A DNA stretch of 64,000 bases from Camelus dromedarius. Its lineage: Eukaryota. Position numbers and translations under genes: made by a program. Where the stretch lies: positions 121,522,001-121,586,000 of the forward strand of contig NC_087437.1 of NCBI RefSeq assembly GCF_036321535.1, read 5' to 3'. Under the pieces are notes generated by a model, which saw only the letters and a program-made list of their open reading frames with translations, made no database searches and was not told the origin of the DNA. Every line of letters begins with the position of its first letter. Position 1 is the stretch's first letter. This document shows, piece by piece, positions 36,430-48,639 of the stretch.

Positions 36430-37250
36430 TTCTGTTTAAAATTGCATCAAACAGAATAAAATACTTAGTAATAAACTTAACCAAAGAGGTAAAAGACCTA
36501 AACTCTGAAAACTATAAAACACTGATGAAGGAAACTGAAGGCGATACAAAAATATAGAAGGATATCCTGTGTCCTTGGATTGGAAGAATTAATATTGTTA
36601 AAATGGCCATTGCACCCAAAGCAGTCTGCAGATTTAATGCAATCCCTACCACTATTCATGCCGTTTTTCACAGAACTTGAACAAATAATCCTAAAATTCG
36701 TATAGAACCACTAAATGCCCCAAAGTGCCAAAGCAATCCTGAGAAAAAAAGAACAAAGCTGAAGATAGAATCCTCCCGGACTTCAGACCGTGCTACAGAG
36801 CTGCAGCGGTCAGTGCAGCTGCAGCAGTCAGCGCAGCATGGTGCTGGCGCAGACACCGGCTCATCGCCCAGTGGAACGGAATAGAGAGCCCAGACACGGA
36901 CTGATGCGCCTGTGTTCAGTTAACTGGTGCCAGGGAGGCGAGAATACACAGTGGAGGTAATACAGTCCCTTCAGCAAGTGGTGCTGGGAAGACTGGGCAG
37001 CAGCGTGCACATCAGCGAGGCACAGCGCTCCTTTGCACCGCACACTGAAGTAAGCTCAGAGTGGTTTAACGACCTAGTATAAGACCTGAAACCATAAAAC
37101 TCCTAGAAGAAAACATGGGCAGAACACTCTGACAGATTGTAGCAATATGTTCTTGGATGTATCTCCAAGGCAAAAGAAATAAAAGCAAAAATAAACAAAT
37201 GGGACCTAGTTAAACCTAAAAGCTTTTGCGCAGCACAAAGGAAACCATTG
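34815..37250 (+). mobile_element. LINE-1 ORF2 (reverse transcriptase) fragment, sense, disrupted
   Basis: ORF 36007..36318 [15 protein letters not shown]...[19 protein letters not shown]...[11 protein letters not shown] is L1 RT; ORF 36315..36557 IKYLVINLTKEVKDL; frameshifts and poly-A slippage. Confidence 0.96.
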
Positions 37251-37844
37251 GCTTGGCCTGAGGGGACTGGCCGCACACTGGGCAGGTGCTGGTGGTCGGC
37301 CAGGTGTGCTGGTGACACCCTGACAAAACTGTGCCGAGGAAAACACCCCAGAGTGAAGGTGAGGGTGTCCTGGCAGCAGAGAATTGGTCACGTGAGGACA
37401 TGGAGCTTCGAGGGCCGTGTGTTTGTCCCCTACCGAGCGGTGCCCCGGGTCGCACGGGGAGCGGCCAGCCGGGCCTGCAGGAGGGCTGCCGTGGCGCGCT
37501 TCCCTCGGACAGCCAGGCGGGGCCGCACTGGGCTTCGGGCTCTTGGTCCAGGAGGGGCGTGGGTCCTGGCTTTTCTTCCAGGCTCCCCAGGAGCTGGAGC
37601 CACTTCCCAGAAAGAAACAGAAGCAGCCACGCCAGCCACTTGCATTGATCACAGACATAAGGGAACGAGCATGGTCAAACTTCGGAGGAAAATAAACACA
37701 AACGAGCATGACCTTATATGAGAAGTGGAACAACTGAGAGAAAACGGCTCAGAACAGAGGGGGATGCAAATGCTAGTCCCCCCAAAGTGCGTGGAGCCGC
37801 CGGCAAGTGCGGAAGGCAGATGCTCACTCGAAGCTCTAGAAAGT

Positions 37845-37965
37845 GTTCACTTAGCACATTCCAGTGAGTGGGGGGCGCTGTTCTGGGTGGTGGGGTGCGG
37901 GGTGAGCAGAGCAAAACAGCCCCCCACGGAGCTTACATCCTCGTGCGGGGAGAGGGGAGGGTGCG
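37845..37965 (-). mobile_element. L2 3'-end fragment
   Basis: ctgttctgggtggtggggtgc...gtgagcagagcaaaacagccccccacggagcttacatcctcgtgcgggg resembles L2. Confidence 0.5.
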
Positions 37966-38590
37966 TCAGATACATCTCAGATAACTCCGAGCAGAAAAGT
38001 GTGAGGCGTGGGAAGAGCTGGGAGCTGTGGCAGTTGATGCGGAGGCCCGGCTCCCGCCTGGCAGCATCTCAGAAACAGAAAATCGAGAGGAGAAAGTAAC
38101 AGGAGAAAAACCGCTGATCCTGAAGGAAGGCGTTAGTATTAAAACTGAAGGATGCGCTGAGCACTGAGCAGAACTAATGATGAAAATCCCCATCCCCAGC
38201 GCATCCTTCTGGTTTGGGCACCGAGGGCAGAGGAAAGATGCCGAAATCTTCTAAATTAACTCCAGTCAGTACCAGATTCATGTGCCGCTCGTCGGGGACC
38301 TTGCAAGCCGGCACAATGACAAAACGGCCTCCCTGTTCTGAGGAGAAAAACACGTTGGTCCCAGCTTTTTTTTATCAACCAAGGGTGAGTCAAGCGTTAC
38401 GACGAAGTAGTAGTTTTCAGATGTTCAAAGATTGAGAGGCATTTTCTCCGGCGTATATTTTTGGAGGAAGAAAAAGGTGAGGATGCTCCAGCAAAATGGA
38501 ATAGACATGTAAGAGAGAAATGCGGGCTCTGAGAAGAATGCTCCGTAAATCCAGGACACGATGGAGAGGAGGTAGCTCAGCAGCAAGCCT

Positions 38591-38620
38591 GGACAGGGAC
38601 AGGGACAGGGACAGGGACAG
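38591..38620. repeat. (GGACAG)n hexamer repeat, 5 copies
   Basis: ggacagggacagggacagggacagggacag. Confidence 0.9.
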
Positions 38621-40657
38621 CGCCGGGTCGCGACCGGGAGCCGCGTTGGAGAGCTCCAAAAGGAACATGTTTTCAGAAGAACGCGAGTGTGTTTCAGCGA
38701 AGAGCCTGGGAAGCTGAGTGGTCTTTATGACAAAGCTTTTGTGAACAACAGAAAAGTGAAGGGACGTGGAAACTCTGGGAAACTCAAAAGGCTGCTCAGG
38801 AAAGAAGGTCCAAATAAAGGCAAACAAAAGTAAGGTGTTGTGAAGGGGAATTTGTGTGTCACCTTGACTGGCCACAGGGCGTCCAGATTGTCATGGCTTC
38901 TGGGGTGTCTGGCAGGTGTTTCCAGGTGGGCTAGCTTTGGAGTCGGTGGACTCAGTAAAGCACACTGCCCTCCCCGGCAAGGGTGGCAGCATTTAATCCA
39001 CGGAGGGCAGAACAGAACAGAACAGGAAGTGAGGAACAAAGAACTTGCCCCTTTTCTTGCTTCGTGGTTGGAGCCAGGGCATCTCAGCTCACCGTCTCCC
39101 ACGGCGTGCCTGGGACTTGCCCCGCCCACCCCAGCTCTCGGGCCTCTGGTCTCAGACTGACCGTGCCGCCGCTGTCCTGGGCCTCCAGTCTGCGGGCGGC
39201 AGGGACTTCTCAACCCCATCATAGCTGGTGTGAGCCAGTCCCTCGTGGCCACTCTCCGAGCTCTGGTTCTGCTTCTCTGGAGGACGTGACTGATACCGGC
39301 GTGACCTGAGCAGCTGGTGGGAGGCAGGACAGACTCCATCGGAAGTGGCGCTGGGAGCGGGCTCCCTGGAGGGGCTCAGTGCTCAGTCCAGACTCATCGA
39401 TGGTGAAGGTGGTTTCTCTGACCACAAGGCGCTGAAACTGAAGGCTGGCTACAAAGGGTTAAAATTTAAAGTCGAATGGCTCAACCACTTAGAGGTTAGG
39501 CTCTTAACAATTCTCAGATTAGAGACGAAACTGGAACTTAAACTGCTGGCCATGCAGCGGACACGAGTCAGACGTGGCGAGGGGGAGCCGCTGGTCCGCT
39601 CGGCAGGGTCCCGGCCAGTGAGGGAGTGAAGGTGAGCCAGCCTCTGGGCCCGGAGCCCGGGAGAGGAAGGTGCGGCAAAGCGAACAGCGGCCGGGGAAGG
39701 AAGGAGACAGAGAGCGAGGGGGAGGCAGGGAAACGGGGGAGCGGGTTAAAATCGATGCTGGCGTGAAAGGACCACGAAGCGACGCGCTGCCGTCGGGCTT
39801 GGTCACGAAGGAGGGCCGGGGCGCCCTGAGGGCGCTGGGACGTCAGGACGACCCCGTGTGTACCTCTAACGCTGATGAGTTGGGAAGCCTCAGCGACAAC
39901 GGCAAAGGCTGAGTAAGGAGACGGAAACTGCTGACACCGACCCGAGGGGGTGACAAAGCTCTGGCAGGCGGCGCTCCCAGGGAAGATGCTGGAAACGCTG
40001 TCGAGGGACGGACAGCCTTCTGATGAGCCTGCAGACGGCTTGGTCAGCCTGCCAGGGAGCTGCGATCCCAGCTGTGCGTCAGCTTCCCAGGAAAGGGCAG
40101 CTGACCTCTCCTTCTTCTAACACTGGACAGAGAAACACAAATAACAACCACAGGACAGCGTCCCCTGTGGCTGTGGGCGCACAACGCCTAAATGAGACGC
40201 CAGGAGATGGAACTTGCAGCGCGCCCCGGATCCCAGGTGGAGAGCAGCTTTGCCCCTGGTGCTGAGGTGTGGTCCTCGCAGGCGCCCGGTTGGTCTCAGG
40301 CCGTTCCAGAGGGCACGCTGGCGCTCCTTCCCATCGGGGGGGACGACGGGAGGAATCTGTCTATGGCGCCTTTAACAGTTACGTAGAAGCTTTTTCTCTT
40401 TTCTAAAGACAGCAGCCAGGGCCCCACCAACACCTACCCAGTCGGAATGTCTGACGGACAAACACGTGCTCATCGTTGGTGCGTCACACTGATCCCGCCT
40501 GCTTGCCAACCACTGAAACTATCGCAGCGCCTGCTGGCCTGCTGGCGCTTTCGTTTTCTTCTCCAGGGTGTGTGTGAGGTTTTGGAATTTTCCGCAATGA
40601 ACAAGTATTACCTTTTTACTGAGAACAGTGTTCTTCCTTCTTATGTGCCCCTGTAGT

Positions 40658-43600
40658 GTTTTTCAGAGCTTCACTGAGGCACACCCGACATACGACAGAC
40701 TGTACTTACAGGGCCTGTGTTCTGACCCGCGTCTGCATCGGTCCTGCCACCACGCAGGGGAGACGCCGACCCCGCCCTCAGCTCCAGGTGTCCCAGCCCC
40801 ACCCCCCCCACCCCCGCAGCCCCTGCTCTCTCCAGCCCTCCCCAGGCCGCCGCTCACATGCGTACTGCCAAAATGGGTTAGTTTGCATTTTCTAGGATTT
40901 TACAAAATCTAGGATTCTACAAAAATCATGAGATGTGTGCTTTTTTGTCTAGCTTATTCCATCCAGCATGATGTCATTATTTTGCGACTCCTCCATGTTT
41001 GCTGTGTCTGTCGGTGGCTCGTTAGCCCTTGTCATCGCTGCGTCACGTTCAGCTGTGGGATCAGCCAGTCTGTTCATCCAGCAGCTGTTGACGGTATCTG
41101 GCAGTTTCCAGTCTTCTACTGCCTCAGGCGAAGCTGCCGAGAACTCCCGTGTGCAAGCACCTCTCCTGTAAACGCGGGGTGGGGGTGGGAAGGCTGGGTC
41201 ATGGCTTGGGTGTGCGTTGAGCTTTTTAAACACTGTCACACTTTCCCAAGGCGGTTGTACTATTTCCCCTCCCGCCAGCACTGCCGGAGCGAGCCAGGGC
41301 CTTCCCACCCCAGCCAGCGCTTGGTGTGGGCAGCGGTTTGGGACATGCTGATGGCTGTGGTGTCCCACTGGTTCTGGCTTGTACTTCCCGCGTGACTGAC
41401 GGATGCGAGCTTCTCTTCGTGTGCTGGTGCCATCTTGTGTGACTTCTCCGATACATTGTTCAAAACTTTTCTCGTTTCTTACTACTGAGTTTTGAGAGCG
41501 ACTTACATACTCCGGATACAAGTCCTTTATCAGACATGATTAGAAACGTTCATCTTTCTGCTCTCTCAGCAGGGTCTTTCAGAGACCAGATAATATTTTG
41601 ATATGGATAAAATTTCTGATAAAATTCTGTTCATCAGTTTCTCTCTGTTGGATCATGCTTTTGATATTGTAGCCAAGAAATGTCTGCCTGAGTCTGTGCC
41701 ACAAAGATTTCTCCCTATGTTGTGTTCTTAGAAATTTTAGTTTCAGTTTTTACATTTCGGACTAGACTCCACTTGAAGTGAAAGTTTGTATAGATGTGAG
41801 GGTGAAGCTCATTTTGTAACATCCAAGATAATTGTTCCAGCACCATTTGTTGAAAAGTGCCTCCTTTACTGAACTGCCTTTGCACCTTTGTCAAAAATGA
41901 GGGCTTTTTCAGTTTATATTTTAAAAGACCAGTTTGCATGTATATGTTTAGGTCTGGTGTTGGACGCTGGTGCTTTCCATTCACCTCTTGTCTGTCTTGA
42001 AGCCAGTATCACGCCATGGTAACTGCAGTTTCATTGTGCATTTGGAGATCAGGTGGGGCTAATCCTCCAGCTCTGTAGTTCTTCAAAGTTGTCTTGGCCA
42101 CTGAGGTCCTTTTTGCATCTTCATAACAATTTTATAATCAGCTTACCAGTTTGTTCACAGAAGCCGGCTTGGATTCGATTGAGATGGTGCTGAACATGCA
42201 GGTCAGCCGGGGGAGAACCAGCATCTCGGGGTTTTGAGTCTTCAGGTGACGGAGGCCGAGCGTCTCCGCGTTTACTCGGCTCCTGTGCTTCCTCACGGGC
42301 CAGTGCTCCCTGGTTGACAGCACCCCCGCCTTACACGTCTTTGGTCAGATGTAGCTCCAGGTGCTTCCTAGTTTTGATGCTCTTTTGAAGGCTGTACTTC
42401 AGCTTCCAGTCGTCCGCTGCACGGACACCGAGAGAGCGCTTACAGCAGCTTTTCTGCAGATTGGACTGAAGCTGCTCTCTGTGCGAGCCTGTGGCTCACG
42501 TTTTCTCTCTTCCTGCACATCTGGGCGCCTTTGACTTCTCTCTCCTTCCTGCGCCTGGGCAGGCCTGCAGCGCAGGGCCGGGCCGACGCAGTCAGAGCCG
42601 CCAGCCTGTCCCGCGTGCAGCCTCGGGGCAAGCGCACAGCCTCACCCGGAAGTATGACGCTGCCTGCGCACTTTTCCTTTTCATGAGTTTAAGGCAATTT
42701 CCTTCTAGTCCTAACTTGCTAAGGGGTATAAGTCAGGAATTAATGTTGGGTTTTGCCAGATGCTTTTTTTCTACTTTATTGAAATGATTGTTTGTGGAGT
42801 TGTTTTTTTTTTTAAGTTAATGTGACATTGATTTCTTTAAATATTAAACCAACCTTGCCTTCCTAGAGCAACTCTAACAGTCATATGTATTACTCTTTTT
42901 ATACGTTGTTGGATTCAGTTTGCTAAAATTTTGTTTTTATGGTGTTTTTATGAATTTTTGCTTCTGTAGTACACTGGTCTGTGTGGATGTTGGTCTCTAG
43001 TTTTGGGGAGGTTTTCAAAAAATTTCTTTGTCAGGTTTTGGCATCAGGATAATGCTGGCTTCATAAAATGAGCTGAGAATCATTTCTTCCTCTTCTGTTT
43101 TCCAGAGAAATTTGTTTAGATTTGATATCAGTTTTTTCCATCTGAGCCTAAAGGATTTTTTGTGAGAAAGTATCTACAAATTCAGTTTCTATAATAGATA
43201 CAGGGCTATTCATGTGATCTGTTTGTTCTTGAGTGAGCTTTGGTGATTTGTGTCTTTTAGGGAACTTCTCTGTTTCATCTAAGTTGTTGAATTTATTGGC
43301 AAAAAAAGTGTTCACGACATTCATGTACTGTCCTCTTCATGTCTGTGGGGGCTGCAGTGGTAGCTCCTCTTTAATTTCCTATATCATGATTTGTGTCTTC
43401 TCTTTTTCCCCTATCAGTCTAGCTAGAAGTTTATCAATTTTACTGATTTTTTTCTCTTAAGAACCAACTTTTAGTTTCATTGATTTTTTTCTGCTGTTTT
43501 CTATTTTTCTCAACGATTTCTGCTCTAACCCTTATTATTCCCTTTTTTCTGCTTTATGTTTTGATTGCTCTTTTTTTTCTAGTCTTTAAGGTGCTAGTTG

Positions 43601-45480
43601 AGGTCATTGTTTAGAGACCTTTCTTTACTGATTTCACAGCATTTCACAAATGTTGATACGTTGTGCTGTTATTTTCATTCATTTTAAAATACTTTGTCTC
43701 ATGGGTTATTTAGAAATCTGCTATTTAGGTTCAAAATACTAGGGCATTTTACAGAGATCTTTCTGTGCTAAATTAGTTTCATTTTGTGACTTGAGTCCTT
43801 TTAAATTTATTAAGAATTGATTTAAGGACCAGGATGTGATCTTTGTAAGTGTCCCATGAAAACTTGGGAAGGACGTGTGTCTGCTGCTGGGGAGAGTGTC
43901 CCGTCAGTTGTCAGTTAGATCAGGTTGATCGACTGTGTCGTGTGCATCTTCTGTGTCCACGGTGATCTTCTGCTCGGCCTGTCAGTTTTTGAGAGAGGGT
44001 GCTAGGAATCTCTTGGCTGTAATTCTGCTTTTGTCTATTTCTCTTTCCAGTTTTTTTAATTTTTGCTATTTTGCAGCTCTGTGATTAGGTACAAATTTAG
44101 GGTTGTTGGTTCCTCTTAATAAATTGATGTCCTTTTTCATTATAAAATGACTTTCTTTATCTCTGGTAATTTTGAGTTGTGGCAGCACAGTATCTGTGCC
44201 CATACTTTTATTTAAAACTATTTTATACTATTTTATGTTGAAATTATGTTTCTTGTAGGCAGCATGCATTCGGATTTTGCTTTTTCCCACCCCAGTTAAC
44301 ATCTCTGCCTTTTCAGTGTGGTACTTAGGCCATTTACATTTGTTGTGGTTATTGATACGGTTAGGTCTGAATTTGTCATCTTGCTACGTATTCTCTATTT
44401 GTCCTATATACTCTTTGTTCCCTTTTCCTCTCTTTCGTGCATCTTTTTGCATGAATTGAGTCTGTTTTGCCTCTCTAACTCCTTCTAACAAAAGCTGGGA
44501 CTTTTTGTTTTGCTACCTTAGCAGGTACGTTAGGGCTCGTGGTCTGCACCTCCCGCTTCTCACAATCTGCCTTCCAGCAACGCTGGACCATTTCGTGTTC
44601 AGTGTGAGAACCTCACAAAGCGCATTTCCGTTTCTGTCCTGCCCCTGTCGTGCTGTTGTCATCCGTTTAGCTCTCACGCATGTTAGACATCCCGCACTGC
44701 TACTTTTGTTTCAGTCGTCAGCTTTGGGGGAGGTTTACCGCTTCTGGCACTCCTCGCTCCTTTGTGTGGACCCTCATCTCCCTCTGCCTGAAGGACTTCC
44801 TCTCCCATTCCGTGCAGTGCGTGGCTTCTAATGATGAATTCTTTCAGCTTTGGCATGTCTGAACACATACTTAGTTTGCTTTCATTTTTGAACCCTATTT
44901 CCGGGGCACTGCTGGACTTCCTGGCACTTTAGGGATGCTGTTCCCCAGCCGTCCTGTCGGCACCGCTTCCGGTGAGACATCTTCGGCGGTCCGTGTCTTT
45001 GTCCCTCGGGGCTGGTGTGTCTTCTCCCTGGCCATCGTGCTTTCTCTTGATGCTGCCGCGGAGCGATTTGTTACGACGTGCTTTGGCTTTTTGCACATTC
45101 CTTGTATTGGGCTTCACAGAGGTTCACAGACCTGTGGACTCACTGATTTCACCAAATTTGGAAATTTTTTTGAGATTTTTTTCTGCAGATATTTTTTCTG
45201 CCCTCCCTTCTCTCTTCTCTCATTCAGGAACTCCAGTTGCATGTATATTGGGCTGCTGAAATTTGTCCAACAGCTCTCTGATTTTCTGGGGTTTTTTTTT
45301 TTCCAATTCCTTTTTTCCTCTCTATTTCATTTTAGACAGTTTTTGTTACTGTATCTTTAAGTTCACTCATTCCACAGTTTTTATTCTGTGGTTAATTCCA
45401 TCAAGAGCGTTTTCACTCAGCTGTGTGGTGGTTTTCATCTCTGCAAGTGTGTATCTTGTGTCTGTGTGTCCCATGTGGGT
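40658..45480 (-). mobile_element. Old LINE-1 (L1M-type), about 4.8 kb, antisense: 3' UTR, ORF2 and 5' part
   Basis: Reverse L1 motifs: ttgttccagcaccatttgttgaaaag, ttggattcagtttgctaaaattttg, ggttttggcatcaggataatgctggcttcataaaatgag, aagaaccaacttttagtttcattgatttt. ORF 41715..41984(-) contains FQQMVLEQL. Confidence 0.88.
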
Positions 45481-47433
45481 GCTGGGCACTCTCCTCTCGC
45501 CCTGCAGGTGGTCCTTCCACAGCGCCAAGTAATATATGTGCTCTGACCAGCCCACGCTGGACACCCCAGGGCCCCCGTCCTCCGGACTCTGGGCGCCTTG
45601 GTCTCCCTGTGCTCTCAGTCCCAGGAGTCTGTGGGCTCAGTCACGCACCCGGTCATCCAGGCTGGCAGGTTTTATAGGATTATTACTCAGAGGTTTGCTT
45701 CATGCCTCCCGGTCCTAGGCTGGGCAGAGACTGAGGCAAGAATTCCAGGTGCTTCACTTGGGATGTGTGAACTTAGGGCAGCAGCCAGACGAATGGGAAG
45801 TGAGACAAGGAAGGATCTGAGATGAAAGTTCCTGCCGCTGCTGCTTCAGGACAGGCCCCGGCAGTGCGTCTGCTTAGCAGCAGGGCAGGGACCGGGAGGG
45901 CTGTTCCCATAGGAGCTGACCCCGGCCCCTCCCGTCCTGTCACCCCAGGCAGATGCGGGGTGTGCAGTGTGAGAGGCGGTGGAGAGGTGGGTCTGAAGCT
46001 TGGGGAGGGTCAGCCATAGGTCAGACCCAGGACCAGCAGGGTGACCTGCACTCTGCTCTGTCTGTGGGCATTTTCCACCCTTGCCCCGTCGAGCAGCCTG
46101 GGCCTGGCTCCCTGGGTGGAACCTGACCCCACTCTCAAGTTCGTCATCACGTCGGCAGGAGGACTGTGTGAGCTGCTCAGTGGGCACTGGGCCGCCCCCC
46201 AGGGGCTTGGAAAAGACCTTAGAGGTGGCCACCGTGGCCAGTAGAATTCAGGTGCCAAAACAGAAGGTCAGTAGGAACTGGTCAGATTTGTGGTTGGAGG
46301 AATCTGTGCCTTCCTGTAGATGGGGTATCACTGGGTGCCCCGTAACCTGGAGTCACTGCGACCCACTGCAAAACCTGGTGCAGAGCCCACGAGCCTGAGG
46401 GGAGCCCAGCGCCCCGCCCCTCCTCCCCCAGGAGAAGCTGTCCCGCCATGTCCAGGGACTAGTGTTAAACCCCAGGCGCTAAGGAGCCGTCGGGTGCAGT
46501 TACAGGCGGCGCCGCCTCTCCGCGCGTCCGTGCAACACGCACCCGGGCGGGAAGGGCACTGGTGAGGCCAGGCGGAGCAGGCGCCCCCTCATCCCCGCGG
46601 AAAGGGCCCTGATTGCACATTCAGCACCTATCGTCCCTTAACTGCGTGTCCCAGCGTTGTGGCCTGTAAATGTGAATTTTCTTGCTGCTTTCAGACGAGC
46701 TGCCACCCGGCCCTCAGGAAGAGAGGCCTTTGCACTGGAAGTGGCCCGGGCCCTGGGGACACCCCGCCGGCTGCGCACCGGGCCGGGCGAGCGCAGCCGG
46801 TGGAGCTCCGTCAGTGCAAGGGGCTCGGCCCTGGCCCAGGTCTGGGAGCCGCAATTTGCGTGGCCTCGTGTCGTCCCCGAGGTTGAATCACTAGGCTGTG
46901 CACACGGTGGTCGTGTGTGCTCAGCCCCGTCCCCCGAGCGCCTCTCCGCTCAGCGCCACACAGCGAGCCTCCGCTGAGTTAGCGGGCGAGCGCGGCGTGG
47001 TGAGAGGGCGCCGCCGTGCGCTGGTGGAGGAGCCGGATGCCTGTCTTGAACACAGCACGTGGAGGGGCCGGGCGGGAGCCCCAAACCTGGGTGTGACACG
47101 CTAAGGAGCGCAGCTTTATGCGACCCTGGATCAGTCCCAGAGGTGGGGCCCGTCTGCACCTGGGCCACCCACACTTCTAGAGACTTCGGCCCCCAGTAAG
47201 CTCAGAAGTGCCGTGAAGTCTCACGGTTTTAGGTTTCGGGCAACCTGGCCGCCTCCCTGCGGACCGGTGTGCACTGGGCGGCTCCGGACAGGTTGCTGCT
47301 GGGAGGAGACGCGCCTGGGCAGGGCGCACCTGGGGCTGGGTCTCCGCAGCGCCGAGCGGCTCCCATGCTGGTGCCACACGTCTCTTGTGTGGCTCCCGTG
47401 AGGCTCCGCGTCACCTCCCCTGTCTCGTTCCAG

Positions 47434-47612
47434 GCATCAGCAACGCGGAGGCGCGGCAGCCTGGGAAGGCGCCCAACTTCAGTGTCAACTGGACGGTGGG
47501 CGACGCGGCCATCGAGGTCATCAACGCCACCACGGGGAAGGACGAGCTGGGCCGCGCGTCTCGCCTGTGTAAGCACGCGTTGTACTGTCGCTGGATGCGT
47601 GTGCACGGCAAG
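47434..47612 (+). CDS. ADARB1: ADARB1 coding exon 8
   Basis: ttccag|gc...aag|gtactg; ISNAEARQPGKAPNFSVNWTVGDAAIEVINATTGKDELGRASRLCKHALYCRWMRVHGK; 179 nt. Confidence 0.98.
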
Positions 47613-48459
47613 GTACTGAGCGCCCTCGCGGCCACGCGCCCTGCTCCCCGCCTGCCCGTCTTCACTGCCCCCCTGCTGTCCCCGCCACCACCCAGACGGG
47701 GCTGCCCGTCCTCGAGGGCTCTGAGCCGAGAGCGTGGCCGGCTCTGCAGATCAGAGCAGGCTCCGTCCTTCCCGCCTGACTCTGGGACTCACCCCACCCC
47801 GGCTCCTCCTCCCAGGAACGTCCTGTCCCACATGCGGGCCCGCAGCCCGGGTGCTGCTCGGGGTTCAGTTAAAGCTCCAGGAAGGTCTTTAAACCCTTCT
47901 GTCTTGTTTTGTTTGGAGCAGCAGCCCTTTTCCCCCACGCAAAGCTGTACATGGTGCGTCCGTATGTTACCCATCTCCGTTGGTTTGTAAGTCAGGTCGG
48001 GAGCTTTTACTGTACACAGAAGTCGCAGTGTCCCCGTGGCGGGCGCGTCCCCCGCTGGTGGCTGTCCTGTTTATTCTCAAGATCTTCCCAGAAACCATCA
48101 GCCAGTGCCGTGGGGGGCCTCGAGTGCTCCCTGTGATGAGGGGACCCCACACGAGGCGCTGTCTGTAAAGCGCTGAGCGTGTTGCCCAGAAGAGCGGGCC
48201 GGCGGCGTGGGGCCCCGGGCCCTCTGCGGCGCGCGGCTCCGCACCTGCCTGTTTAACGTGAAGCTGCCACTCGGGTGGCGGACACGGACCCTCCAAGGGC
48301 GTCCAGCTGGAGCTCTGCCTGCCGCGGCCCCCAGGGGGCGCCATCGCTGGGGGCCCCCCAGAAGCCAGCCGTTTGAAGCGCCACTTTTTGGACATCTTGC
48401 TGAGCTTTGTTTTCTGCTGCTGGGCTTCGACAGCGGCACTTGTCTGTGTCTTTTCACAG

Positions 48460-48639
48460 GTTCCCCCCAGCTTACTGCGCGCCAAGATCTCTAAGCCCAA
48501 CGTGTACCACGAGTCCAAGCTGGTCGCCAAGGAGTACCAGGCGGCCAAGGCCTGTCTGTTCAGGGCCTTCCTCAAGGCCGGGCTGGGCGCCTGGGTGGAG
48601 AAGCCCACGGAGCAGGACCAGTTCTCACTCACACCCTGA
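48460..48639 (+). CDS. ADARB1: ADARB1 last coding exon (IP6-binding C-terminus)
   Basis: tcacag|gtt; [62 protein letters not shown] at 48637-48639. Confidence 0.99.
   Translation, partial: VPPSLLRAKISKPNVYHESKLVAKEYQAAKACLFRAFLKAGLGAWVEKPTEQDQFSLTP

Noticed and set aside
36007..36557. Reverse-transcriptase-like ORFs as a functional or novel RT
   Set aside because: Fragments of a frameshifted LINE-1 ORF2; the catalytic motif is degenerate (SVDV in place of FADD).
30907..47433. Orthologue of the reported human stop-containing cassette exon 7a
   Set aside because: Could not be located from the sequence alone.
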